Assembly (NCBI GenBank): GCA_963575745.1 | Contig: CAUYUJ010000044.1 | Coordinates: 1 to 64,000, forward strand | Length of the DNA stretch: 64,000 nucleotides | Origin: Prorocentrum cordatum | Taxonomy: Eukaryota | Direction: 5' to 3' | Shown here: positions 53,084 through 64,000 of the stretch, piece by piece | Layout: each line of letters opens with the position of its first letter | How positions within the stretch are numbered: the first letter of the stretch is position 1 | The notes under the pieces: model-generated | Seen by the model: only the letters and a program-made list of their open reading frames with translations | What the model was told of the DNA's origin: nothing | The model's database searches: none | Translations under genes and position numbers: made by a program

Positions 53084-53690
53084 AGAGACTCGAGTGACAA
53101 GGCTGATACCTTGGTTGTCGGAAAGCAGCAGCATCGGTATCCTCATTCCTGAAATGTTCGTATATAGTCGTCGCCGTCGTGTTCCCCCCTCTCTCCACTC
53201 ATTTAACGTTACATTGTCTAGTGCAGAGGCCTCTTGTCTGGAGGGTACAGCCTTCGTTGCAAGTCCAACCAAGAACAAGCTTCGCTTGTGTGGTGGTGGG
53301 CCGTCTTGTGGCCCTCCTTATCGGAGCCGATGGCCTCATCGGACCGCATGTATCGCTCTGTCGACATTCATGCATCCCCTTCCCCCCTTGAAATGTTCAC
53401 AGGGAGATGCGCCGAAGATATCGTCGCAATCCTGGGCTCCGAGATGCCGCGCGAGGTGTGATCTAGCTCATTTTGCCCTAGACATCCTTGAAGCTCTGGG
53501 CTCCGAGATGCCCCGCGCCAGGGGGGCCCTGGCCAGTTTCGCCTGCGACGTCCTCGCATCTCCGGGCTCGGAGAAGCCTTGACCTGCTGCAGCCCCTGCC
53601 GGCTTCGCTTGAAACATGCTCGCGCCTCTGGGCTCTCCGACACGTCCCGGACTGAGGCTCTACAGGGCCCCCGAGAGGCCGCTTGGACAC

Positions 53691-54107
<417 letters not shown>

Positions 54108-54143
54108 TTACTACTACTACTACTACTACTACTGCTGCTGCTG

Positions 54144-54182
<39 letters not shown>

Positions 54183-55484
54183 CGACCGGCCTTTTCGATT
54201 CTTGCAGCTTCTTACCTAACAGCGAAGACTGATAGGTTTCTAGTGGTGTCAAAAGAGAGCATCTGATGACTCAGAAGGGAGGTCTGGGCGGCATCCGGAC
54301 AGCGAGGGCCAGGCTCAGGGCCGGGCTCGTTTTAAGCAAACAGTCACACACTTCGTGCTCGTCGACTTCCCAGAACTCCATTCCCGGGCCACATTTTGAA
54401 TGCCCGGAGCCAACTTTGCGTCGTCTGCGGCCGGTGTTGGGCCAGGTCCGGGTCTGTCGGACGCCTCCACGGCTTGTGAAGGCCCAGTAGCACGACCACA
54501 AGATTGCCTCCACACGGCCCAGACAGCTGAATATGGCCCTAAGACAAGCCCAAGATACCCCCAAGAGCCTAAGGCTTCCCACGGGGCCCCAGGAGACTAA
54601 CATCCTTCAAACACCCAGAGATATCCGTAGGTGTTTGAGGAACTCCCCTTTTGGTTTTCTATCGACCTCCAACGTTTGCGGATGGTTGCCCAGGGAAGAA
54701 CATTGGAATCCAGATGCTCAATTCCTAAACTCCAGAGTTTGGAAAATCCCCTCTTCCGATTTCACTGGAATTTGGAGGGGAGAACCCCTAAACTTTGGAG
54801 TTTAGGGTTCTAAGTTTCTGTCGGCCCCTCAGGAAGCTCTTAGTGGCCCCTCAGGACGTTCTTAGTGGCCCCCAGGAGGTTCTTGGTGCCCCCGCAAGGA
54901 GGTTCTTGGTGGCCCCTCTGGAGGCTCTTGGTGGCCCCGCAGGAGGCTCTTGGTGCCCCCGCAGGAGGTTCTTGGTGCCCCCGCAGGAGGCTCTTGGTGG
55001 CCCCGCATGGAGGTTCTCGGTGGCCCCGCAGGAGGCCCAGAGTCCTGGCGGCCCCCTGGTCCTTGGTGATGGTGACGATGACGATGATGTTGAGGATGAG
55101 GGGGGTCAAAATGAGAATGGGAACGATGACGATGACGATGTGTTTGGGGGCGGAAAAGAGGGGGGTGATGACTAGGGGGGGTGGATATCATGGCGGGGGC
55201 CATGATATTTCTCGGATTTCATGGCGCCTCTTCTTATTTCATTACGTCCCTGGCCCCCCCGCTGGGCCGCCCACATGCCGCTGGTCACGATTTGCACCCC
55301 CCCCTCTTGGACACCCCCCTCTTGGCCGCTCCCGATGTGTATCATGTCGATGACCTTGCTGATACCGGTGCTGATTTTGATGGGCACTGCGATGACGACG
55401 ACGACGACGATTGGGACGATGAGGGTAGCGGCGAGGACAGTACGGATGAGCATCATGCCTGCGACGACGATGACGATGCTGGTC

Positions 55485-55544
<60 letters not shown>

Positions 55545-55850
55545 TTGGTGATGATGCTGCTGATGATGCTGGTGATGATGTTGATGATGATGATGATGAT
55601 GATGATGATGACGTTGTGGCCTTTCATGCTGTTTGGTATGATATTGTGGTGACGATGAGGATGGGCAGGATGACGCTGATGATGACAATGATATTGATGA
55701 CGATGGAGGGGGATCATGACACTGATGATGATGCTGACCATGACGATGCTGTCGACAGCGATTGATGATGATGATGATGATGATGATGATCATCATCATG
55801 ATGATGATGACGATGATGACGATGATGACGATGATGATGATGATGATGAC

Positions 55851-55897
<47 letters not shown>

Positions 55898-55898
55898 C

Positions 55899-55977
<79 letters not shown>

Positions 55978-55982
<5 letters not shown>

Positions 55983-56073
55983 CGTTTCTTTTGAATATGA
56001 ATGCCTTTAGAGGGGAAGGAAGAGGCCGAATGCAGAATGCGTTGTGTCCTTTCAATATTTCGGCTCTCGAGCT
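55978..56073 (+). repeat. Split direct repeat A1
   Basis: tttcttttgaa...gaatgcctttagaggggaagg...gaatgcgttgtgtcctttcaata...cggctctcgagct is repeated at 61314-61411. Confidence 0.95.
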
Positions 56074-56479
56074 GGTGGGCCGCGGCGTGGCCGCGGCGCA
56101 TGGCCGGGGCCTTCCTGGGGCTTCCCGCGGGTTGGGCAGGGCTCATCGACCGCGCTGGGGCGTCCCTGCGCTCCAGGCGTGGGTCGCGCGCTGCCCTGCC
56201 CGGCAGTGGAGCTCCCGCCGTGCCCAGCGTGCCCAGGGTGCAGCGGCCCATCCTGTCCGCCCTGCCCTGGAGCCACGGTGGGCGCGACCACGGGCACCGT
56301 CGCCCTCGCCTGTGGGACGGCCGCGCTGGCTGGCGCGTCGCTCGGGGCCCTCGGCACGTTCACGGCGCTCCGGCTCCGGGCGCCGCTCTGGGGTGCGGCG
56401 GAGGGCCGCGGCCGGCCTCCGACGGTCGCCAGCGCGGCCAGGTCGCCACCGCCGTTCGCCGCGCTCGCCGGGGGACCTC

Positions 56480-57151
56480 ATGGCGGAGGCGTGGGCGTGG
56501 GTCCTGTACAACGTGGTCGGCGCGCCGCTGTTCCACCAGAGGAGGGTGGCGGGCCAGCTGGCACTCACGAGTGACGTCGTCATCGTGACCCCGGACGACA
56601 TGGTCTACGCCGAGACTTTGCTGGCGGCGGGGCCCGACGTCTCGGCGGTGAGGTTCTCGGCCGCGAGGTGGCCGCCGCCGCCGGGGACCGCGGCGTGGTG
56701 CGTGGCGTGGTTGCTGAGGGATGGCGGGCCCATCCAACGCCGCGAGAGCTGGAAGTCCCGCAAGCGGCTCAGCTCATCGGACTGGGGCGTCTCAGAGCAC
56801 CACGCGCTCTCCACCGTGCTGGAGGACCTCGCCACGCATGACGCGGTCGATGTGACGAACCTCCTCGGCGTGGAGCGGATGCTGAGGAATATGCAGCTGA
56901 TCGAGCATTTCTGGGGCGAGAAGCAGCGAGGGCAGGATGCTGGACAACTGAAGTTGCCGGTGGAAGCGGTCTCCGCCTTCGTGGGCGGCGCGGGTCTGTC
57001 GAGCCGCCCGAGCAGCCTGGTGCGCCCCGCCCTGCTGGGCGTCGTCGGGAAGGAGCTCGAGCGCATCAGTCAGATCAAGAAGAACGCCCGCGAGCTGCGG
57101 GAGGAGGCGAAGGCCGCCGCTGGGCCGAAAGCCAGCGGAGCCAAGGCATGA
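56480..57151 (+). pseudogene. gag-like ORF1 of element 1 (probably internally deleted)
   Basis: MAEAWAWV...SEHHALSTVLEDLATHDAVDVTNLLGVERMLRNMQLIEH...KNARELREE, directly upstream of pol. Confidence 0.6.
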
Positions 57152-57158
57152 CTCTCTC

Positions 57159-59430
57159 ATGCCCGGGGGGCCCAGTGGCCCAGCTTCCCCAGGCGCCGCG
57201 GCATCAGGGCCCGTCTCGGCGACAACCTGTGGCGCTGAGGGTGTACATCGCAAATTCGACGGCTCGGGTGCAGAGCGGCAGCGAGATCTCTTTCCGCTGC
57301 CAGTGCCCGGCGCCGCCGACCCTGGCGGGCTGGCTGCTGGCGCCTGTTCTCGAGCCGCGCGGCGGCGCGCTCGGCGCGCAGCGTCCGCGCCCTGGCTCGC
57401 GCGGCAGGCGGTCGAGGCGCTCAATGGCCTCAGCGGCGCTGAGGCGCAGGGTGGCCCACTGCCGCGGGCTGGCGCGACGCTCGCGCAGCAGCAGTGCCTG
57501 ACGCGGATCGCGGATTCCGTCGCCCAGCTGGGTCCCCCGCCAGGCGACCTACAGCCTTTGGCAGCCCTGCAGGAGCTCCAGGCTGCTCTGTCCTACGATG
57601 GCTCGCTATCGACGAGGGCAGAGGCGATGGACGTCTCCCGGCTCTCGCCGCCTCCTCCAGGTAACCGCCCTGTGGCTTTTGAGCGGCTTCTGGGCGCCGA
57701 GGTATTCGACTCCGTCCATCGTGGTATCTCGTGCAAGGTCTGGCCAAAGACCGAAGTTTTGCAGCAGAAGCAGCGCGTTGGCTTCAAGAAGCCTTACTCG
57801 GACACCAGCCTTCGAGACCCTCGCCGCTATGCAGCGCTGGCGAGGCGTCTCCATGAGGCCGGGGTGGTCGACCTCGTCAGCGACGCCGCCCTGGTGGTCG
57901 ACGAGGTTGGCCTTTTCAGCGTGGCCAAGAAGAGCGGGAAGCAGCGGCTGGTCGTCGACGCCCGCCCGGCCAACTTCTGGTTCGGCGACCCCGAGGGCGT
58001 CCGCCTGGCCACCGGCGCTGCGCTGGCAGCGATCGAGTTGCCGGACGGCGCCAGCTTGTGGACCGCCTCGGCGGACATCGCGGACGCTTCCTGCAACATG
58101 GAGCTGCCGGGCGCCTGGAGGCCGTGCTTCGCGCTCCCTCCGCTGGACTCCTGGAGGCTTGGGCGTGAGACCGTTCCCGGGCAGCCTCGCCCGCAGCGGC
58201 TCTGGCCGCGGCTCGCGGCGCTGCCCATGGGCTGGCCCCGCGCGCTGGCCATCCGCCGGCGGGTGTCGGAGGCGGCCGCCGACCGCGCAGAGCTGTCAGT
58301 GCTGTCCAGGATCGCGGACCGGCGCGCCGGCCCTAGTCTGGGCGCCGGCGCGCACCTCGTGTACGTCGACAACTTCGCGCCCCTCGCCCTCGACGGGGAC
58401 ACCGCCGACCGCCTGAAGGATGACATGGTCGCCGAGCTGCGCGGCGAGGGCCTCCCGGTGCATGAGGAGGAGCTTGCCTCGCTCCACGCGCAGGTGCTAG
58501 GCCAGGTGATCGATGGCGCGCGGGGAGCAGTCACGCCTTCGCCTCGGAGAGCCTGGGGGATCATCCTGGCCACGCGCGCGCTCCTCGCGATGCCGAAGAT
58601 CTCGGCTCAGCATGTGCGCCAGGTCGTGGGGCACTACGCTTTCCTCTTCATGGTGAGGCGCCCGCTGCTGGCTGTTTTCTCGGCCGTGTACCGCTTCATC
58701 GCGAAGGCCGGTGAGGCGCCCTGGCCCAGGTGGCCCAGCGTGCGCCGAGAGTTGGTGTGGGCCATGGGATTTGCCCCGCTGGCGCGCGCCGACCACCGGG
58801 CCCGGTGGTTGGGCAGAGTTCTGTATACGGATGCCTCCGAGTGGGGCCGAGGGGTGTGCGAGCGTGAAATGAGCGGAGACGTGGTGGAGAGGATGGGTAG
58901 GATCCAGGAGCGCTGGCGCTTCCGAGACCCCGGTGCCAGGGCGCCGCGGGAGCAGCTCATCGAGCCCCTCGAGCCCCTGGCGGCCCACGTCTACTCCGAG
59001 CCGTCCTCGGGAGGTCACGTCAGCAGCGCGCCGTCGGACATCCAGGAGCCCATCGCCCCCATGGACAAAGGGGGCCCCCGCGTGGAGCCCCGGGAGACCG
59101 ACTTCGAGCCTCGGGAAGTCCATCGCATCTCTGGGGGCTGGGTCGTCATCTCGAGCGGGGCCTGGGAGAGAGGAGCGCGTCGCAGCCTTGGACGGGGGGG
59201 GGGCCCTAATCCACGCCTTGAAGCACGTCCTCCGGGACGCCGGGCAGCGCGGCCATCTTTTCAGACAGTCTCGTCGCCGTCCTGGCTCTGACCAAGGGCC
59301 GCTCCTCGCGGCCGAGGATGGCGCGCGTTTGCCGCCAGTGGGCCGCCCTCGTGGTGGCCGGGGGCGTCGCCGCGGCGCTGCGGTGGATCCCGTCGGAGGC
59401 GAACCTGGCGGCTGCCCTCCCGCCGGGCGC
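57159..59430 (+). pseudogene. Reverse transcriptase-RNase H of element 1
   Basis: LFSVAKKSGKQRLVVDARPAN, ADIADA, LPMGW, YVDN, YTDASEWG, and RWIPSEAN after frameshifts. Confidence 0.9.
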
Positions 59431-59639
59431 TGAGGATCGGCGCGCGGCCGCGCTGGGGTGCTGTCGCCAGTCTGGCCGCCGCGCGGGGGGCTGGACAGGC
59501 AGGCGCTGGTGCCGGCGCCTCTCGTGACGATGGCCCCGCGCCAGGCGGCGGCGGGGGGCTCGCGCCGGGCGGCGGCCTCACAGCGAGGCTGGCGCCAGGC
59601 GAGATGCAGCCACCTGTCGAGGCCGGCGGAGGCGGGCGC

Positions 59640-60360
59640 CATGCGTGCGGGGGAGACCGCGGCGCAAGCGCCCAAGGCAGCCTCCCCTCGCTTCTCGGCG
59701 GGCCATGTCCTGAGGGCCCTCTCGATCTCGGCGGTCCCGAGGGCCAAGTGCACGCGCCTCTGGGCCGATGTCGTGGCCTGGATGACGTCCGTGACCGTGG
59801 CCCTCCGCGCCGAGACCGCGGACGACCTGCCGGAGCACTGGGTGGGCCAGCAGCGCGCCGAAGAGGGGGGCCCCGAGCGCATGGCCTACGGGCTGGTTGC
59901 GCTGAAGTTCATGATGCCGCAGTTCGGGCGCGGGGGCCAGGGGTTGCCGAAGACGCAGGTCTACAACGTGGTGATCTCAGTCGACCTGCCGTTCTACAGC
60001 TCCCTGCCCGGCGCTCTGAGCTGGCTCAAGGCGGGGGCCCGCCCGAGCGAGCCGAGCGCCCCGTTCACCCTCGTGCGCGTCAGCCCCTTGTTCAAGGAGG
60101 CGGCGGAGGGCGTGAAGCTGGCGTCGCTCGCCCCGCGGCTGTGCCAGCTGCGGCGCTCGGGCCCGTCGGTGGAGTTGGCCCTGCGGCTGCGGGCCCTGGC
60201 CAGCGTCAAGCTCCGCGGCCGTCGGCGGGCCGACGCGTCGGTTGCGCGCCTCCCCATGCCAGGCCGCGTCGGCGCGCAGCCGCAGAGGCTGGCGCCCAAG
60301 GTGCGGCGCGCGGCCCCGCTGGCCCCGGCGCGGCTGGCCTCTCTCCTCGGCTGGCGCTGA
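59640..60360 (+). pseudogene. Tyrosine recombinase of element 1, decayed
   Basis: LCQLRRSGPS (Y.LRH.G.S box) and KLRGRRRADASVARL (RGRW...SV.RY box); the central Arg box appears deleted. Confidence 0.7.
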
Positions 60361-60389
60361 GGAGGCTGCTGGGCCCCCGCCGCCGCCGT

Positions 60390-61137
60390 TTCCAGGCGCC
60401 CCCGATCTTCGCGGGGGTTTTCTCCGGCGAGGGCGCGCTGGCGGCAGCTCTGCGGAGCGAGGGCGCCCTGGTCATCGAGTGGGGCATCGCCTGGGGAGCG
60501 ACTGGGGCCTCGCCAACCTGAAGTGTCCCGGGTGTTGCGGGGCTGGCTGGGCGCCGGCCTGATCTGCGGCCTGCGTTTCGGTGCGCCCTGCGAGACGTGG
60601 TCCAGAGTCCGGGGCGCCGGGCCGCCGCGCGTGCCAGGCGAGCCCCCGTCCTGGCCAAGCCGCCTCCGCTCCGACTCAGAGCTCTGGGGGCTCGCAGCCG
60701 TGGCGCACCCAGCGGACCGAGCTCAGATTATGACCGCCAATAAGTTAGTGAGGTGCTGTGAAAGTGTGTGGGTCAGTTGCGATAGGCTGTGGCTCATTCC
60801 GTCTCTGCAGTGCTTCCGAAAACAACCGCATTTTTCCTGGGCGGTCACGCATTTTTGCCAAGACGGGGCCGCGTGGAAAAAAAAACCGACAAGTCTCCTT
60901 GGCTATCGTGTGGATGTCTCAGCCTTCGCTCGTTTGCGCGCTGGCTCTCGTTCGCGTTGTAGTAGGACTGGTCAGCTCCATCAGATTCCAAGAGGAAAAG
61001 CTCCAGGAAGGCCTCTGTGGACTTTAGTTGCGCATGCCTACCCCAGGGCACTTGCGAGACGATGGGCTCGCGCGCTCATCTGCGCCAGGCTCCACTCCGA
61101 GGCTCTGTCAATCGCGCCGATCTGGCTAGGCCGCTAA
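60390..61137 (+). pseudogene. C5-cytosine DNA methyltransferase-like ORF, frameshifted near 60515
   Basis: Motif I-like FAGVFSGEGAL, motif IV-like GAPCETWS (catalytic PC), FCQDG..WKKKPT, terminal AYPRAL; ENP/ENV motif missing. Confidence 0.7.
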
Positions 61138-61178
61138 CGCAGAAGAGTAGCTAGCCCTCCGGATATTTCGGGATGTTT

Positions 61179-61588
61179 TGGCCGTGGGGCCGTGCGCCAG
61201 AGCAGAACTTCGGTTGATGAGTATTCTCTCTTGCTCGCCCCAGAGTCGTTCACGGTGCTGCCTCTTGCTGTCTAACAGAATCCGACCTGGCCTCGGAAAT
61301 AACATCGTCGGGCATGGGCTTTTCTTTTGAAGACGAATGCCTTTAGAGGGGAAGGGGGAGGCCGAATACAGAATGCGTTGTGTCCTTTCAATAGCCTTCG
61401 GCTCTCGAGCTCCCACCCTCCCGCCCTGTTGCTGCTGTAAGGCTTCGCCGTGGCCGTGGGGCCGTGCGGCAGAGCAAGAATTCGGTTGATGAGTATTCTC
61501 TCTTGCCGGCCCCAGAGTCGTTCACGGTGCTGCCTCTTGCTGTCTAACAGAATCCGACTTGGTCTCGGAAATAACATCGTCGGGCATG
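61179..61588 (+). repeat. 3' split repeats B1-A2-B2
   Basis: tggccgtggggccgtgcg...ggaaataacatcgtcgggcatg at 61179-61316 and 61451-61588, bracketing A2. Confidence 0.95.
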
Positions 61589-63119
61589 ATGATGGTGATG
61601 ATGATGATGATGATGGCGATGAGGATGATGGCAATGACGACGACAATTTTGATGACAATGATGGGTTTGCTAATGATGCTGACGATGACGGGTACGGCTC
61701 CTATGTTTATGATGATGATGGTGCCGATGACGACGATGAGGCAGATGGTGACTATGGCAATGACCCCGATGACGACGAGCATGGCGATGATGTTGATGAT
61801 GGTGAAGATGTTTTTGATGATGAGGATGCTGACGACGATGACGATGAGGATGATACTGATGATGGCGATGGCAACGGCGACGATGGCGACGAACATGATG
61901 ATGCTGCTGCTGATGAGGATGGCGCGACAAATATGGCCGATAATGACGGTGCTTGTGTTGCTGACGACGTGGATGATGACGTTTAGGACGATGATGCTCA
62001 TGCTAACAATGTTGGTGGTGATGGTTGAGGTGGTGATGATGATGCTTACGATGCCAATGATGATGATGCTGATGATGCTGATGATGCTGATGATGCTGAT
62101 GGTGGTGATGGCGATGTTGATGATGATAATGACGATGCTGATGATTATGATGATGGGGATGCTGATGATGATGATGATGATGATGATGATGCTGGTGATC
62201 GCGGTGGTGATCACGATGGTAGCGAAGATGACGATGATCACGCTGACGAGACGATGACGATGGCTATAATGATGCTCGCGATGCTGATGGTGGTGATGAT
62301 GATGGTGATTGATTACTGCACCACTATGGCGAGGACGAGGAGGAGGACGACGACGACTTCGACGACGACGATGACGATGACGTTGACGGTGATGAGGATC
62401 CTCATGATGATGCTGATCATGATGGTGAAAATGACATGGATATCGTGGATAATGACGAAACTGATGATGATGACGACGAGGACGACATTGATGCCGATTA
62501 TGATTACGATGGCCCTGCCGATGCTGATAATGATGATGATGATGATGCTGATGATGGGGATGATGATGGTGATGATGCTGATGATCATGATCATGGTGGT
62601 GGTTGTGATGATGATGATGCTGATGATGATGATGGCGATTATGATGCTGATGCTGCTGATGATGATGATTATGACGATGATCGTGATGTTGGCGATACCG
62701 ATGGCCATCATTGGAGGAGTGCGCGCGCGGGAGTTCGCGCTGAAAAGGGAGGAGGGGGGTAGGAGCTTGTGCAGAGTAGGGAGGCGGCAGGAAGAGAAGG
62801 AGGAGGGGGACAAGGATGAGGAGAAGGAGTAGGATAGGGAGGAGTAGGAGGAGAAAAAGCATGAGAAGGAAGGAGGAGAAGACAGGGATGAGGAGGAGGG
62901 AGAAAGAGGAGGAGGACGAGGACGAGGACGAGAATCATGGGAAACGGTCGCGCGCAAGGGGTGGCGTCGCGGAGACTTGGAATTCCGGATTACTCGTTAG
63001 GGGTCCTGCCCGAACGCTCCGATTTCCGAAGTTACAGGTTCCCGCCCTCCAGATTCCTTGGTCTTTTCCGGGCAGTCGTCTCCTCCTCCTCTGCTCCTGT
63101 CTTTTCCTCCAGTCCTCTC

Positions 63120-63400
63120 GGGTTTACCCAAAACGGGGTCCAGTGACAAGGGGGTGGTGCAGTAGATTTGGTGCAATAGATTTGTGGGGTTGCAATATAT
63201 TTGGGGCGTGCAGTACATGTCGGGGTGCAAATGTATTGCTGCATTTTCATGTGTTATGCCATTTGCTGCAATTTCGGGCGTGCCAATACATCATTTGCTA
63301 TACAATGCAATGCAATTCTCCGGCGCAATACATATGCAAAACAATTGCACCAAGTCTATTGCACTACCCCTTTTCAGTTGAACCCCGTTTTGGGTTGCCC
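63120..63400. mobile_element. ~280-bp MITE with ~55-bp TIRs
   Basis: acccaaaacggggtccagtga..ggggtggtgcagtagatttggtgcaat / attgcaccaagtctattgcactacccc..tcagttgaaccccgttttgggt. Confidence 0.85.
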
Positions 63401-64000
63401 AAATCCTCTCCTCTCCTCTCATTTTCTCCTCTCCTCTCCTACTTCCATTTCTTCCTCTCTCCTCCTCTTCCTTCCTCTCCTCCTCTCCCCTCCTCCTCCC
63501 CGCCTGCTCCTCACCTCCTTTCTTCTCCTCCTCTCCTCTCCTCTCTTCTCCTCTCTTCATCTCCTCTCCTCATCTGCTCCCCTCTCCTCCTGTCCTCTCA
63601 TCCTGTCCTCAGCTCTCCTCTCATTTTCTCCTCTCCTCTTTTCTGCCCTCTCTTATTGTCCTCTCATGTTCTCCTCTCCTCTCCTCTCCCTTCCTTTCCT
63701 TTTCTCCTCCCCTCCTCTCGTCTCCTCCTCTCCTCTCCTCCCCTCGTCTCGTCCTCTCCTCTCCTTCCCTTCTCTCCTCTCCCCCCCCACGAGGAGGAGG
63801 AGGAGGAGGAGGAGGAGGAGGAGGAGGAGGAGGAGGAGGAGGAGGAGGAGGAGGAGGAGGAGGGGACCGAACCTGAAATCCGGAGCTGAAACCCTAAACT
63901 CTGGAGCTTCGGGTTTCCGACCTCTGGAGTCCCGGGTCTACGGCATCCTGGGAGCTTCTGGGGGCACTCTTGGGGCCTCCCGGAAGCTTCCTGGGAGCCT

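Larger units (their letters stand above)
55978..61588 (+). mobile_element. Full-length decayed tyrosine-recombinase retrotransposon with split direct repeats and cytosine methyltransferase-like cargo (element 1)
   Basis: A1 55978-56073, B1 61179-61316, A2 61314-61411, B2 61451-61588; gag-like, RT/RNase H, YR and MTase-like ORFs in order; (GAT)n on both flanks. Confidence 0.9.

Noticed and set aside
51761..53093. GAGACTCGA on both sides of the retrogene as a possible TSD
   Set aside because: The downstream copy directly follows the stop codon, leaving no 3' UTR or poly(A); probably chance.
54785..54810. CCCTAAA/TTTAGGG telomere-like motif
   Set aside because: Only single copies occur, forming a hairpin within a dispersed repeat; there is no tandem array.

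Overview
GC-rich, repeat-dominated eukaryotic DNA. It is most likely from a dinoflagellate nuclear genome: a relic dinoflagellate spliced leader is present, and the repeat landscape is Prorocentrum-like (inference, no database search). Most ORFs in the track are artefacts of microsatellites ((GAT)n, (GAG)n, (TAC)n, (GTT)n, (CGCA)n, (CCAGCA)n). Main content: (1) a complete but decayed 5.6-kb tyrosine-recombinase (YR; DIRS/Ngaro/PAT-type) retrotransposon at 55978-61588, with A1..B1-A2-B2 split direct repeats, gag-like, RT-RNase H, YR and C5-cytosine-methyltransferase-like ORFs, integrated at an ATG within an (ATG)n microsatellite; (2) a second, more decayed YR-type element at about 22.8-26.1 kb with a DUF4326-like domain, RT-RNase H and a methyltransferase-like tail; (3) one intact, intronless gene for a secreted Cys-rich/PT-repeat/GDPH protein (51902-53083) preceded by two relic spliced leaders, i.e. 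a probable retrogene; (4) a minus-strand LINE broken up by nested insertions; (5) many MITE families, some with both empty and filled sites in view; (6) a 77-bp satellite; (7) probable scattered small exons of a host gene. Conserved motifs in the dead retroelements have decayed mostly through A>G/T>C changes.
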